Below are positions 28,600 through 38,720 of a DNA stretch of 64,000 bases, in pieces. Source of the stretch: a virus (lineage: Duplodnaviria; Heunggongvirae; Uroviricota; Caudoviricetes); the IMG/VR virus record IMGVR_UViG_3300044642_000188. One strand, 5' to 3'. The notes beneath the pieces were generated by a model, which searched no databases, was not told the origin of the DNA, and worked only from the letters and a program-made list of their open reading frames with translations. The position numbers and the translations under genes were made by a program. Within the stretch, counting starts at the first letter, position 1; every line of letters begins with the position of its first letter.

Positions 28600-28697
28600 A
28601 TGTAGTTGTTTTTGTTTGGTTTATTTTTGCAGATGGGTTCTCAGCGAAGAGAGTGCCATACAGACATGTAATCTGTATCCATCCATCTGTGTGAGAA

Positions 28698-28723
28698 GAC
28701 TCCCCCACTTGGAGCAGTGGGGG
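28698..28723 (-). terminator. GC-rich hairpin downstream of the capsid candidate. Possible partial terminator or RNA-stability element.
   Basis: CCCCCACT-TGGAGC-AGTGGGGG(GG). On the minus strand it is followed by the moderately U-rich AGUCUUCUC. Confidence 0.4.
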
Positions 28724-28759
28724 GGAATTCTTCTCGGTAGGTTATTTCTAATCCTTAGA

Positions 28760-30313
28760 TTAGAATTGTGGTATTTCTTCGATTAATACTGTACGTGATA
28801 AATCTTCAATGAATACATCACAACGGTCTTTCATCCAAATCTCATAACCAGGGAATTTGTTCGCAGAACTCATACCTTGAGACTTAGCAAAACCTAAGTG
28901 GTGACGAGTACCATCGATATAACCCCAAGTCATTGAAGGAGCACCCTTCATACGTACTTCACGGATGTTGTTTACCATTGAACCATCGCTCATTGGAGAT
29001 ACATCAAACACCATGAATACAGGAGTAGATTTTTTGTTCTGACCGAATTCTAAGTTAGTTTGAGGAAGGTCTAATTCTTTTAAGTGAATTAGTTCAACAC
29101 GACCTGTTTCACGTGTAACCATTGCATCGAATGCAAAGTTGTAAGTGATGTGTTGACCTTCTCCTTGCATGTAGCGATTACCAGAATCAGCCATGAAAGT
29201 TAAACCAGAATTAAGTGCATCATTTTTAAGAGCTTGTTGGAACACATCAAAGCCAGCTTCGTTTGTGTACATTTTAACTCTACGATCCTTAACATCAACA
29301 CGTCTGTAGAATAAGTCACCAAACACTGAACGAATCAAGTTTGCAGTGAACTCACCACGGTTGTATTGTACTAAGTTACCGTTATTACGCATTCTGTGGT
29401 AAACACCAGCAGATGTACGCTTTAATTCTTGCTTAGAACCATTAGTCTTCACGGTACCAGGCTTAGCCCAGATCATACGCTTAACTTTTAATTCTAACAT
29501 AGACTTACGCATCCAGAACTCAATAAATGGTTCCCATTTAACATCGTTACGAGTTAAAGGTAATTGGTTACGTCTTTGTGGAGCATATACTAAGATGTCA
29601 AGAGGCTTACCAGAAGCATCACGCATCATTTTATCATCAGCCCACTCAGTGATCTTGTGCTCATAACCATATGCAGAACCTAAAGATTCAAACATAGTGA
29701 TTTGCTCACCTAAACGAGGAAGACCTAATAAGTCTTGATCGAATTCACCGATAGCAGCATCAACTAATTCTAGTTCGATACCAGTTTGTAAGAAAGTAGC
29801 ACTTACGTAATCTACTTGAGGGTTGTCAGTCACAAGAGTGAATGTGTACAAGAAACCAGCGTTCCAAGGTTGAGGATCCTTGATAACGTAGAAACGAGGA
29901 CCATACTGACGAGTACCTACAGAAACAATAGCGTTCTTAGAAAACTCATTTGTGTCAATTACAAGAGAAAATTCTTGACCATCGATACCTGGCTTATCTA
30001 AAGCTAGAGTGGTATCAGGGATGTCAATGATTTTTGGAAACTTGTAAGGAACTTGTACTTGCCACTTCCAAGCATCACTGTTATTATCGATATAGTAAGG
30101 AGTAGACTTGTTGATCATGTCTAGGAAATCATTACTGTAAAGAGAACTCTGAGTATACAAACTGATAATTTTCTTATCATAATCTGCTGGCTCAGTTGAG
30201 TGAAAACTCTCCAAGTGGTTAGAATCTGTTAACTTACCTACTGCACGCTTGTCCATAGAAGCAACACGAGCATACGTAAATCCAGTTAAACCTGGGATTG
30301 TTTGAATTGCCAT
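28760..30313 (-). CDS. Candidate major capsid protein (517 aa).
   Basis: It follows the acidic scaffold-like gene and is followed by a strong GC-rich hairpin. Size and position fit a capsid gene in terminase-portal-scaffold-capsid order. Its N-terminus GLTGFTYARVASMDKRA is shared with the 1240-aa cargo protein. No fold-level evidence is available. Confidence 0.5.
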   Translation of the reverse strand: MAIQTIPGLTGFTYARVASMDKRAVGKLTDSNHLESFHSTEPADYDKKIISLYTQSSLYSNDFLDMINKSTPYYIDNNSDAWKWQVQVPYKFPKIIDIPDTTLALDKPGIDGQEFSLVIDTNEFSKNAIVSVGTRQYGPRFYVIKDPQPWNAGFLYTFTLVTDNPQVDYVSATFLQTGIELELVDAAIGEFDQDLLGLPRLGEQITMFESLGSAYGYEHKITEWADDKMMRDASGKPLDILVYAPQRRNQLPLTRNDVKWEPFIEFWMRKSMLELKVKRMIWAKPGTVKTNGSKQELKRTSAGVYHRMRNNGNLVQYNRGEFTANLIRSVFGDLFYRRVDVKDRRVKMYTNEAGFDVFQQALKNDALNSGLTFMADSGNRYMQGEGQHITYNFAFDAMVTRETGRVELIHLKELDLPQTNLEFGQNKKSTPVFMVFDVSPMSDGSMVNNIREVRMKGAPSMTWGYIDGTRHHLGFAKSQGMSSANKFPGYEIWMKDRCDVFIEDLSRTVLIEEIPQF

Positions 30314-30347
30314 TTTGTTATTTTTTTAATTAATGTTTATAAATTGT

Positions 30348-31610
30348 TTATTGAAACCATGAAGTTGTAGGCTTAGGCTTATTTCCTGTTTTTGTAGAAC
30401 TTTTGCTAACTTGTCTAGCAACTTCACCAAACAATTCATTTGACTTTTTGGTGATACCAGTCTTTTGTATTGTAGATAGAGTAGGATCCTTTTCTAAAAT
30501 CTTTAGTAACAGTCCAATCTTAACCTTTGTTGCATGGTTTTCTGGACGTTTAAGTTCTAGAATAGTACGATCAAAATCTGTGAGAGTCTCACCAGATGCT
30601 GTCTTATACTTATCTACTAACAGGAAATCTTGTAGTTCACCAGCCAATTTAGGGTTCAGAGGAATACCGTCAAACTCTTTTGTTTTTAGTTTATCTTGTA
30701 ATACTGACTGAACGTTTTGAAAATATTGCTGTTTAACAGCAGCTTGTTGTTGTAATCTTTTTTCATTCTCTTGCTCCATTTCTTGAAGCTTTGCAGCTTC
30801 TTTCTTAACTAACACTTTGTGGTGTTTAGTAGCAACAGTTTCCAAATCACCGTAATTTTTAAGTCTTTCAACTTCTGTTGTAACATCCTCAGGATCAAAT
30901 CCTTGATCAGAGAGTGCTTGTTTAATTACTGCAACTTGGTTAGATTCGTCTGCTAAGTCCATCTCAGCAAAACTCTTTATATTATTAAAAGTACCGAAAT
31001 ACTCTTTTGGATCTACTCCTTTTACAAATATGGCATCAAACGCTTGTTGATAATCTTCTCCAAATTGACCAATGAAGTTTTGTACCACCTCAATAGCTCC
31101 TTTCTTCTTCTCAGCTTGGAAACGCTCAAGAAATTCTTCAGGAGTGGAAATTACAACATCCTCTTCATCTTCATCGTTGGTAAATACACCAAGTTTGAAA
31201 AGATCTTTAGATAGAGATGTGAATGGACTAGCTGGTTCATCACCTTCTGTTTCTTCATCATCTTCTGTATCTACAGGAGCTTTTGCTTTGGGAGCTGGAG
31301 CAGGAGAATCATCTTCATCCTCTTCCTCTTCATCATCTCCACCTAGTAAAAAGTCCTGTAAAGACTTTGCGTTATCTTCTTTCTTTTCCTCATCATTCTC
31401 TTCTGAAGCATCAGCAGGAGCTGGTGTCTTTTTTGCAGGTTTAGGTGCAGGAGCAGGTTCATCTTTAATATCTTGGATATCATCAGGATTGGTAGTAGAA
31501 GTTTCAGGAGCAAATAAATCGCTTAAAAGTTCTTGGTTTCCCATACCCATTTCCATAGTATCTTGAATACTAAAGTTTCCCATTGATGGGTTTTCTAGAT
31601 TTTCAGCCAT
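30348..31610 (-). CDS. Candidate scaffolding protein (420 aa), highly acidic with low-complexity regions.
   Basis: It carries D/E runs (DDEEEEDEDDSPAPAPKAKAPVDTEDDEETEGDE) and a coiled-coil-like C-terminal half. It sits directly upstream of the capsid candidate. Confidence 0.45.
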   Translation of the reverse strand: MAENLENPSMGNFSIQDTMEMGMGNQELLSDLFAPETSTTNPDDIQDIKDEPAPAPKPAKKTPAPADASEENDEEKKEDNAKSLQDFLLGGDDEEEEDEDDSPAPAPKAKAPVDTEDDEETEGDEPASPFTSLSKDLFKLGVFTNDEDEEDVVISTPEEFLERFQAEKKKGAIEVVQNFIGQFGEDYQQAFDAIFVKGVDPKEYFGTFNNIKSFAEMDLADESNQVAVIKQALSDQGFDPEDVTTEVERLKNYGDLETVATKHHKVLVKKEAAKLQEMEQENEKRLQQQAAVKQQYFQNVQSVLQDKLKTKEFDGIPLNPKLAGELQDFLLVDKYKTASGETLTDFDRTILELKRPENHATKVKIGLLLKILEKDPTLSTIQKTGITKKSNELFGEVARQVSKSSTKTGNKPKPTTSWFQ

Positions 31611-31730
31611 ATGTAGTTTATTTATTATTGGTTTTCAGATGTAAAAGTATATTATTATAAATTAATACCAAAGAGGTAGTGCACTATAAGGCTCATTATT
31701 CACGATAATATAGCATTAATGTAATTCACT

Positions 31731-32261
31731 CTAATCAAGATTGTTTGTAATTGTGTCATTTATTAGCCTGTAACTCCTAATTGGAGCTAAATCAGTGAGT
31801 GTAACTTGTTGAATGTCAACACCCCACTTCCTTGCTTCAACCCTTACCTTCTTAGTTAATGTGTTATCAAGTTCTGCATCTGTACATTCTTCCAGGGACA
31901 TAGCCATGATTACATTTTTTATGACACTTTGTGACATGTCAGCTATTGCATCTTGGGCATCAAACACTTCTAGCAGGAATGTTTTTACATCTGATATCTT
32001 GTATTTGATTACACCCTTGACAACAATGTTCTGTTTATCACTAGTATACAAAGATTGTGCTGGAAGACTTAATGTTGTCACAACGACATGTTGCTCAATC
32101 ACCTCATCTGCAAACGGTATCTTTACATGGAATCCAGGTTTTAATAACTTTTTAAACTTGCCAAATCTTAGAAGCACAGCCTCCTCGTAATCCCTAATAA
32201 TAATACCAGGAAGTACGTCTGAGCCAAATTGTAACACAACGTCAATTAGCCTATCTAACAT
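31731..32261 (-). CDS. SPFH/band-7 (stomatin, prohibitin, HflC-like) domain protein (176 aa).
   Basis: LLRFGKFKKLLKPGFHVKIPFADEV...IVVKGVIKYKI...DAQDAIADMSQSVIKNVIMAMSLEECT...ARKWGVDIQQVTLTDLAP follows the band-7 pattern (FRFGK..PGLHF.IPF.D.V ... LRSVIG..SLDE.. ... GI.V..V.I.D..P). It has no obvious N-terminal transmembrane helix. Confidence 0.6.
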   Translation of the reverse strand: MLDRLIDVVLQFGSDVLPGIIIRDYEEAVLLRFGKFKKLLKPGFHVKIPFADEVIEQHVVVTTLSLPAQSLYTSDKQNIVVKGVIKYKISDVKTFLLEVFDAQDAIADMSQSVIKNVIMAMSLEECTDAELDNTLTKKVRVEARKWGVDIQQVTLTDLAPIRSYRLINDTITNNLD

Positions 32262-32263
32262 AA

Positions 32264-34849
32264 TTACTTAGTTTTCTTATTTGCTCTACCTTTAGCATTT
32301 TCTTTAGCAACAGCTAAATCATTTGCTTGGTTTTCTCTAGCCACTTGTAACTTCTCTCTTTCTAATTGAAGTTTCTCAGCATCTTGTCTTGTTCTAGATT
32401 GAATTTCTTGAAGTCTTAATTGATAATCGTTAGCAGCTTTAGATTGTTCTAAACCTAACTTATTGATTTCCAATACATCAGGAGCTCCAGACATATCAAG
32501 ATCTGATAGAGGACCACTCTTTGATTCAGCAGCAATAAGTGCAATCTCTTTCTTATTAATTCTATCAAGTTCTTTCTGATAGTCATCATGAGCCAATTGT
32601 TTCTCTTGAGCTTCTTGAGCTTGTTGGATTTGAGCCATAGCTTGCTCTTGCTGCTGTTGTTGCTGTTGCTGTTGCAGATCCAACTGTTGTTGTTGCATAG
32701 CATCTTGCTTATCCTTAAGGCTCTTGAATACCTTCTTCATCTTACGTACAGAATCAGTGCTGTAGAGTTCAATGATATCATGTAATGAACCACCATTTTG
32801 TATAACAGCTTGAGACAATCCACGTAATTCGTTAAACATCTTCTGATCTTCAGGACGATTGGTTAAGAACACCTTAAGGTCACGGAATCTGAGATCAGTT
32901 CCATTCACCTGTACGAAAGCAGACTCTCCATCAGATGTAATGTATGATAGGGTGGATTGTGGTTTACTAGATTCTACATATAAAGCAGCATCAATGATAG
33001 CTTGGTACAATTGACCAAGAACATATTCATGAGCTACAAATAAAGGTTCTGTTTGAGAATAAGATTGTGTAAGAGCTGCGTTTGTACCTGTAGCACTTTC
33101 ACTAGCTGATACAGATCCCATTCTTTGTTTAGACATACCTACAAGTTCCCAACACTCTTGCTTAAGTTGCATAGCTAACGTGTAACGAGATTGAATCTCC
33201 TGCGTACGTGTAAGGTCAATATCTCTAAACTGATTGAAGCTAGAAGGACTCTTTAAGTTTTCAGGAGAGTCATCAATAAATACAACTCCTCTGTTACGAG
33301 CTTCTAGTTCCCATATGTCTAAAGCATCTTGAGCATCACCGTCCTTAGGAACAGGAATATGTCTGATGGATGTTAGATACACCTTACCAACTTCCTTCTC
33401 AAGAAGTGTGTAAAGCTGGTTCATACATACATTATATAACACTTGGAATGGTTTCATTAAGTCTACTAAGCTCTTAGCTTCTGTATTCTTAACTTCATGA
33501 ACCAACCCAATGATAGGACAATAGCTTAATAGTTTGTATGGTTTAACATGGTAGATGTCTGGACCAATCTTAATGCCCTGATACCATTGGTTAATCCAAC
33601 CCCATTCTAAAGAAATCTCTGTAGGAATTGTCTTACTCTTATAGTTTTCATCAACAAGCATAGATTGCTCATTGCCCATTTCATCTGTGTAGACTAACTT
33701 ACCAATCTTCTTCTTAGAGATCCAATAAGCTCTAACTACCACATACTTATAACCAAATGAGCTTACATTAGATGTAAGTCCCAAGAAGTCTTTAAGTCCA
33801 TCATCGTTCTCTTTCATTTCTGATTCAATAATCATTCTTGTTTGTAGAACAAGAGGATCGTATGTATCATATTGTACTGAATCAATACCAGGTGTTGCAT
33901 TTGGATTACCAAGATTTGATTCACGTACATTAATCAATCCATAGTCTTGTAAAGAACTACGTAAGTGATCTATTTCTTCTTTAGTTAGGTCAGGAATAGC
34001 TTCAATGATTTCAGATAGTTCCATCACCTGTACAATACCAGCAGCATATGCTCCTTGTGCTCTACCTGTAGGATCTGAAACATACTTTCTATCTGGTGTA
34101 GTTAGGAACCAAGTGTTTTTAGGGTTAGCCACCTCAATGTTAAATCCAAGTTTAGAGTTGTCCTCATATATATGATAGAACTCTCTAGCTGAAATCAACA
34201 TATCTCTGAATGCATCTTCTGATTTCTCTTTAAGATTAAACTCAGCCTTTTGACATGTAAGGATATGATTAGCCCATTTCTCAGCAATAGATGTGTAGCT
34301 ATCTAGCTCATCTTTCACTTGATCCATTGTCATTTGTTGAACTTCTTCGTCTTCTAACTCTTGTCCATCTAGCTGAGCTTTAGTTAATATCTTTTGTCTA
34401 GCTTCATTCATAATGTATTCCTGTAGAATACCAGTTTTGAATTCTAGTTCTTCAGCTTGACTATCATCATCAAATGCCTTCACACGGAAAGCATCTGGTC
34501 TTTTAGAAATCTCTCCAACTAACTCATTAAGAGGAGTGGTGATAATAGAATACATTTTTACATATGAAGGAAGGTTTAAGTTAGCTTCTAATGTTTGTGT
34601 AAAGCTACTTACAACAGGCTCTTGATAGAAATCCTCCATACGCAAAATACCCTTGACAAGATCATAGTTCTTGACAAAGGTGTCTCTGTTCTTCACATAC
34701 TCAGCGTATGATTTGTTGGCAAAATAATCCATTGTGTTTTTAATCCAACTCTCATCTTGCTTCTCCTTCTCAGTTTTAAACTGATCAGGAAATATATTTA
34801 AATATGCATACCTAATCGTAGCATCTTTTGTATACCGTATAATTGCCAT
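32264..34849 (-). CDS. Candidate portal protein (861 aa) with a C-terminal poly-Gln coiled coil.
   Basis: Immediately downstream of the terminase gene with overlapping junction 34849. The size fits crAss-like portals. The C-terminus carries a QQQQLDLQQQQQQQQQEQAMAQIQQAQ tract. Confidence 0.5.
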   Translation of the reverse strand: MAIIRYTKDATIRYAYLNIFPDQFKTEKEKQDESWIKNTMDYFANKSYAEYVKNRDTFVKNYDLVKGILRMEDFYQEPVVSSFTQTLEANLNLPSYVKMYSIITTPLNELVGEISKRPDAFRVKAFDDDSQAEELEFKTGILQEYIMNEARQKILTKAQLDGQELEDEEVQQMTMDQVKDELDSYTSIAEKWANHILTCQKAEFNLKEKSEDAFRDMLISAREFYHIYEDNSKLGFNIEVANPKNTWFLTTPDRKYVSDPTGRAQGAYAAGIVQVMELSEIIEAIPDLTKEEIDHLRSSLQDYGLINVRESNLGNPNATPGIDSVQYDTYDPLVLQTRMIIESEMKENDDGLKDFLGLTSNVSSFGYKYVVVRAYWISKKKIGKLVYTDEMGNEQSMLVDENYKSKTIPTEISLEWGWINQWYQGIKIGPDIYHVKPYKLLSYCPIIGLVHEVKNTEAKSLVDLMKPFQVLYNVCMNQLYTLLEKEVGKVYLTSIRHIPVPKDGDAQDALDIWELEARNRGVVFIDDSPENLKSPSSFNQFRDIDLTRTQEIQSRYTLAMQLKQECWELVGMSKQRMGSVSASESATGTNAALTQSYSQTEPLFVAHEYVLGQLYQAIIDAALYVESSKPQSTLSYITSDGESAFVQVNGTDLRFRDLKVFLTNRPEDQKMFNELRGLSQAVIQNGGSLHDIIELYSTDSVRKMKKVFKSLKDKQDAMQQQQLDLQQQQQQQQQEQAMAQIQQAQEAQEKQLAHDDYQKELDRINKKEIALIAAESKSGPLSDLDMSGAPDVLEINKLGLEQSKAANDYQLRLQEIQSRTRQDAEKLQLEREKLQVARENQANDLAVAKENAKGRANKKTK

Positions 34850-36876
34850 TATGTAAAAAGTTTACGTTTTCTTTTATTAAATATTCCTCTTGATGTAGAA
34901 AATAAAGGGTTCTTTGGTGATCCTGAATGCATCGCTTTCACTCTATCATCACTAGACCCACCAATCTTTCCAAATATAGGATCCATCTTAAGTGCTTGAG
35001 CAATAGCTAATTCTGCAGCAATGATACGGTCAAAGTTACCTGAGTCATTGTACTGAATAACTTCTTCAAGCAATACAGGATCAAATATCTTACTTATTCC
35101 TAACACTTCTCTCACAGTTTCACCAGCTTCATTTGTCTCTTTATATATTGTTCCTTCCAAATACTTCTTTAAACAGTTGTGAAGATAGTCAATTATCTTC
35201 TGACTTGAACGATGTATTCCATATTCACGTCTCACTGTTGTATTTGGAACAATCTCCATAAGCCATTGAGGTTGCTTTTCTAAATAGTGAGCATCCCCTT
35301 TAGCCTTCATATATTCTATAAATGATATATCATCATTCTCACAAAGCGTTCTAGCATTGTAATACTTGATAAGTAGGCGAGCTTGTTCTTCCCAAGTTTC
35401 TTTCTTATCAGGTCTAGCACAATACGAAGCTACGAACATATCTTGATATTTCTCACCTGTTAGGTCATGCATTCTTTTATAAACATAAACAGATCCTAAT
35501 GAGCTTGAATATGCAGATTGTCCTTGTCTGTAAGGATCGACTCCTGCTACATATAATCCATATGGAGGATTATCAATAGGGAATTCATATATAACAACAG
35601 GAGCATTCTTTTGATCACTATTCTTTAGAGGGAAGTTAGATATAGGAAGTGTGTCTGTAAACTCGTGTGTTATCTTCTCTCCATCATTGAATAATATAAT
35701 AGGTGTACCTGTTCTGTCTTGTTGTAATAGTTTACTCTTCTGCCTTTTAGCAGCCTCAATATCAAAGATATTGGTATCTTCATTGAGGAATATGTCATCC
35801 ACTTCCTGTGGGTAGTACATCTTTTCTTTTAGATAGGCAACTCTATCACCAGCTTTCTTAAGTCTTTCTAAGTTTTGCATAGTGATTTGGTCAGCCTTTT
35901 CTTGGTCACTTACTAGCATCTCAATCTTGTGTAAATCAGATGTATAAGGTTCATTTAGATAGGCCCCAAGAGAGCTTTTATCTTTGGCCTCCATTCTATA
36001 TTTATTAGATATGAAGAGTCCATGTATACGAGATGTATCTTTCTCATTGTTATATGTAAGGAAATTAAAGTTGTCTACATCAAACATTAAGCTCTTTGCA
36101 TCCATAAATTTCTTCATATCACCGCCCGTCCCAGTAAGAATAGGAGAACATCCCCAGCCATAGGGTGTAGTGAAGCCAGGAATAGCTGCCTGTAAACCTC
36201 GAAGGAAATTTCCTTTACCAATTTCATCTATAATTAATTTACGTGGTTTTGTACCTGCGATAGCCTCTTCATTATTACCTTCATCAAGGTTACGAATTAA
36301 GATGGAAGAAAAGGGGATACGTTCTCCAGACTTAGTCTTGATACCAAGTGTAACTTGGTTTTTCCAGTTATCCTCAATTCTCTGCCATCTCCAATATTCT
36401 GGAATGAAGTTAAGCCCCTTATCAATCTTATCTGTAATAAGCTTAATATCTGGAGCATTCAAACCAGCAATAATGTTTTGTGAGTTTTCATCAAATGTTG
36501 CACCCCATGCAATATAAGATGCCTCAATAACGGACTTAGCAAAACGTCTAATACCTAGAATGACTAAACCCTTTCTTTCTTTTTGGGCTCTGTCAATTTC
36601 GTTTGTTACCAGCCACTCGTTATCACGTAATAAAGGATTAGCATATTTCTGTGCAATCCTCCCATACTCATCAATAATATCCACCTCTGTATGCCAAATG
36701 TTTAGGTGCCAATATAAAAAGGGGTTGATATATACACCCCCCATCATACAGCCATTTAAACATAGGTCTTTGTGAAAATCATAGAATTCCTTATATTCCT
36801 CAGATGCTCTGTCTGGCAGACGCTTCTGATTAATAAACCAGTCTTTATAATCTATACTCTGTATGTGTACATTCAT
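34849..36876 (-). CDS. terL: Terminase large subunit (675 aa).
   Basis: Deviant Walker A LGIRRFAKS, Walker B KLIIDEIG, and a nuclease-domain Asp motif YVAGVDPY. The N-terminal ATPase plus C-terminal RNaseH-like nuclease layout is typical of large terminases. Confidence 0.8.
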   Translation of the reverse strand: MNVHIQSIDYKDWFINQKRLPDRASEEYKEFYDFHKDLCLNGCMMGGVYINPFLYWHLNIWHTEVDIIDEYGRIAQKYANPLLRDNEWLVTNEIDRAQKERKGLVILGIRRFAKSVIEASYIAWGATFDENSQNIIAGLNAPDIKLITDKIDKGLNFIPEYWRWQRIEDNWKNQVTLGIKTKSGERIPFSSILIRNLDEGNNEEAIAGTKPRKLIIDEIGKGNFLRGLQAAIPGFTTPYGWGCSPILTGTGGDMKKFMDAKSLMFDVDNFNFLTYNNEKDTSRIHGLFISNKYRMEAKDKSSLGAYLNEPYTSDLHKIEMLVSDQEKADQITMQNLERLKKAGDRVAYLKEKMYYPQEVDDIFLNEDTNIFDIEAAKRQKSKLLQQDRTGTPIILFNDGEKITHEFTDTLPISNFPLKNSDQKNAPVVIYEFPIDNPPYGLYVAGVDPYRQGQSAYSSSLGSVYVYKRMHDLTGEKYQDMFVASYCARPDKKETWEEQARLLIKYYNARTLCENDDISFIEYMKAKGDAHYLEKQPQWLMEIVPNTTVRREYGIHRSSQKIIDYLHNCLKKYLEGTIYKETNEAGETVREVLGISKIFDPVLLEEVIQYNDSGNFDRIIAAELAIAQALKMDPIFGKIGGSSDDRVKAMHSGSPKNPLFSTSRGIFNKRKRKLFT

Positions 36877-37211
36877 TATCTTCTGTTCTTAAGAAACTCT
36901 TCTGCAGCACCAGATAATTCCCCTTTACCTCTCACTTCCACCTTTGCCTCTTCAACGCTTCTTAACTTGTCTACCACCTCAATAAGAGCTAGATAGTTTT
37001 TCATTGTCTCTTGTACAAACTTACCTTGTGCCTCAATAGAAGCTATCACCATAGGTAACATACCTCCTTTAGCTGTAGGTTTCCACTCAATTCTGTCTTT
37101 TAGTTCATGAAGAGGGTTTGCATCTACATATTGTTTCCATGAAACAAGTTGTGTCTCAGCCCATTCAAGCTCTGTATTTATAAATGTAGTTTTCTTAATA
37201 GTTGTCGCCAT
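36876..37211 (-). CDS. Hypothetical protein (111 aa) directly upstream of the terminase gene. Possibly a small terminase subunit, judged by position only.
   Basis: ORF with its stop overlapping the terminase start. I saw no motif. Confidence 0.3.
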   Translation of the reverse strand: MATTIKKTTFINTELEWAETQLVSWKQYVDANPLHELKDRIEWKPTAKGGMLPMVIASIEAQGKFVQETMKNYLALIEVVDKLRSVEEAKVEVRGKGELSGAAEEFLKNRR

Positions 37212-37485
37212 AATCTTCGTCTTCTTCTTTTAGAATATTGTCTAAATCCATTCCCTCCTTGATAATCTTATCAAGCTCAGACTCATCTGTATGGGGAATA
37301 TCCATTTCAAGCTTTGTTTTATATTTATCCATGGCAAATGCTAGCTCTTTGTCTGTCATTCCCCATATATCTCCATATTCATCAAGAGCTGTGGCTATGT
37401 GTCTTCCCATGTTATACTCTGGGAATCCCTTATGTAGTTCTTGAAGGGTATGAATTACACTATTGTAATAATTCTTCTTACTCAC
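37195..37485 (-). CDS. Hypothetical acidic protein (96 aa).
   Basis: ORF in an operon of tightly packed small genes upstream of the terminase. Confidence 0.4.
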   Translation of the reverse strand: MSKKNYYNSVIHTLQELHKGFPEYNMGRHIATALDEYGDIWGMTDKELAFAMDKYKTKLEMDIPHTDESELDKIIKEGMDLDNILKEEDEDYGDNY

Positions 37486-37490
37486 TGTAT

Positions 37491-37742
37491 TTATAATAAT
37501 TGGTTTAAGTCCTCATCGGACAGTTTTATGTTTATTTGTGACTCGTCTGGGTTTAGATTTGTATCTTCCTCAGGAGACATGTATGATGAGTTAAAGGAAA
37601 TACCTATCTTATCCTGTTCTTCCCCATTAACACCAAGGATGTCAATGTAATCCACACCAGAATTGTATATTTCTGTTAGGTGATCCAATAGAATTGATAA
37701 AGGAATCTTTCTTAATATAACATCATGGTTATTTTCCATCAA
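37491..37742 (-). CDS. Hypothetical acidic protein (83 aa).
   Basis: ORF in the same small-gene operon. Confidence 0.4.
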   Translation of the reverse strand: MMENNHDVILRKIPLSILLDHLTEIYNSGVDYIDILGVNGEEQDKIGISFNSSYMSPEEDTNLNPDESQINIKLSDEDLNQLL

Positions 37743-38022
37743 TAGCTTGTTTTATTTCATCATATTCATCGTCTGTCATCATCTCTTTCCACTTACCAAT
37801 AGGGCAAGCACATGACAGACAACTTGTTTTGGCTGATAGTGTACATCCACAATCTATACAATGTACATCTGGTCTAATAGACTTATGTTTTGTGGATATG
37901 TTCTCACAGGCATTACATATAACCATTCTTTCCTCACTAACATTAGCGATTAAAGCTTTCATTTTAGCTGGAGGAAACAGCTTGTTTCTCCATCCTTCAT
38001 AAACCTTTGATAGATCAATCAT
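37729..38022 (-). CDS. Zinc-finger-like Cys-rich protein (97 aa).
   Basis: CNACEN...HCIDCGC...CLSCACP arrangement. Confidence 0.45.
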   Translation of the reverse strand: MIDLSKVYEGWRNKLFPPAKMKALIANVSEERMVICNACENISTKHKSIRPDVHCIDCGCTLSAKTSCLSCACPIGKWKEMMTDDEYDEIKQAIDGK

Positions 38023-38365
38023 ATCTGAGCTTTGGTTTTAATTGATTGATTGTTATATGTGTATTGGCTAGTGTCACTGTAGCAGCATTTCTTCTCTGCT
38101 CTGTAATTGTGTCATCAGCCAGTATTTTTTCCATGGCTCTCACCTTAGCGTGTAAGGCTTCTAGCTTCTTAATGGCCTTTTTGTTGTTAAAGAGTAATTT
38201 ACCAAACCCAGATATCTCTACACTGTGGTTGGTTTCAAGGGCCTCGTTAGCGGATTGGAACTGATGGTTGACAACAGCCTCAATTGTCTTCTCACTCGTA
38301 AGCATCTTAACAGCTAGCATCCTAATCAAATAGTCCTTGACGGACATGCTTATTGGCTTATCCAT
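38015..38365 (-). CDS. HU/IHF-like DNA-binding protein (116 aa).
   Basis: VEISGFGKLLF matches the GFGxF core of the HU/IHF family. It is basic and sits in a head-gene neighbourhood, as the IHF-like genes of crAss-like phages do. Confidence 0.45.
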   Translation of the reverse strand: MDKPISMSVKDYLIRMLAVKMLTSEKTIEAVVNHQFQSANEALETNHSVEISGFGKLLFNNKKAIKKLEALHAKVRAMEKILADDTITEQRRNAATVTLANTHITINQLKPKLRYD

Positions 38366-38720
38366 GACTAAGGGTTATTTGTAAGACTATATCGTTCTCG
38401 AAGTTGAGGATAATCATTGGGTTCACCTTCACCTTGGTTCCGTCCTTAACAAACACCCCTAGCTTCTTAAGCTTGGAGATGATGTTATTAATTGTAGGAG
38501 CTGTACTGTCATACTTCTCACAGAACTCTGTCCTGATGTTGGCATAGGAGATGTTACCCTTTATGGCTGTAAATGCCACGAGCTGTATCTCCCTCTGTGT
38601 AAGCTTCAACCCATTCAATGATGACAATAGAGAATAATACTTCTCAGCTATAGCGAATTGATCCTCTACAGGCTTTTTAAGTTTCTGAACTATTGTCTTC
38701 TTGGTTGTTGGTTGTTCCAT
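38358..38720 (-). CDS. Hypothetical protein (120 aa).
   Basis: ORF overlapping the downstream HU-like gene by 8 nt. Confidence 0.4.
   Translation of the reverse strand: MEQPTTKKTIVQKLKKPVEDQFAIAEKYYSLLSSLNGLKLTQREIQLVAFTAIKGNISYANIRTEFCEKYDSTAPTINNIISKLKKLGVFVKDGTKVKVNPMIILNFENDIVLQITLSHG

Noticed and set aside
31072-31566. Plus-strand Ser-rich ORF (164 aa) inside the scaffold-like gene.
   Set aside because: It is antisense to the GAA/GAT-rich acidic region, so the poly-Ser reading is a mirror artefact. Other antisense ORFs rejected for the same reason are 30403..30711, 31813..32190, 32455..32703, 32588..32785, 36170..36996 and 5328..5822.
32264-34849. The poly-Gln tract of the portal as a sign of eukaryotic-like or contaminant sequence.
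   Set aside because: The context is an intact phage head operon. Short poly-Gln coiled coils occur in phage structural proteins.
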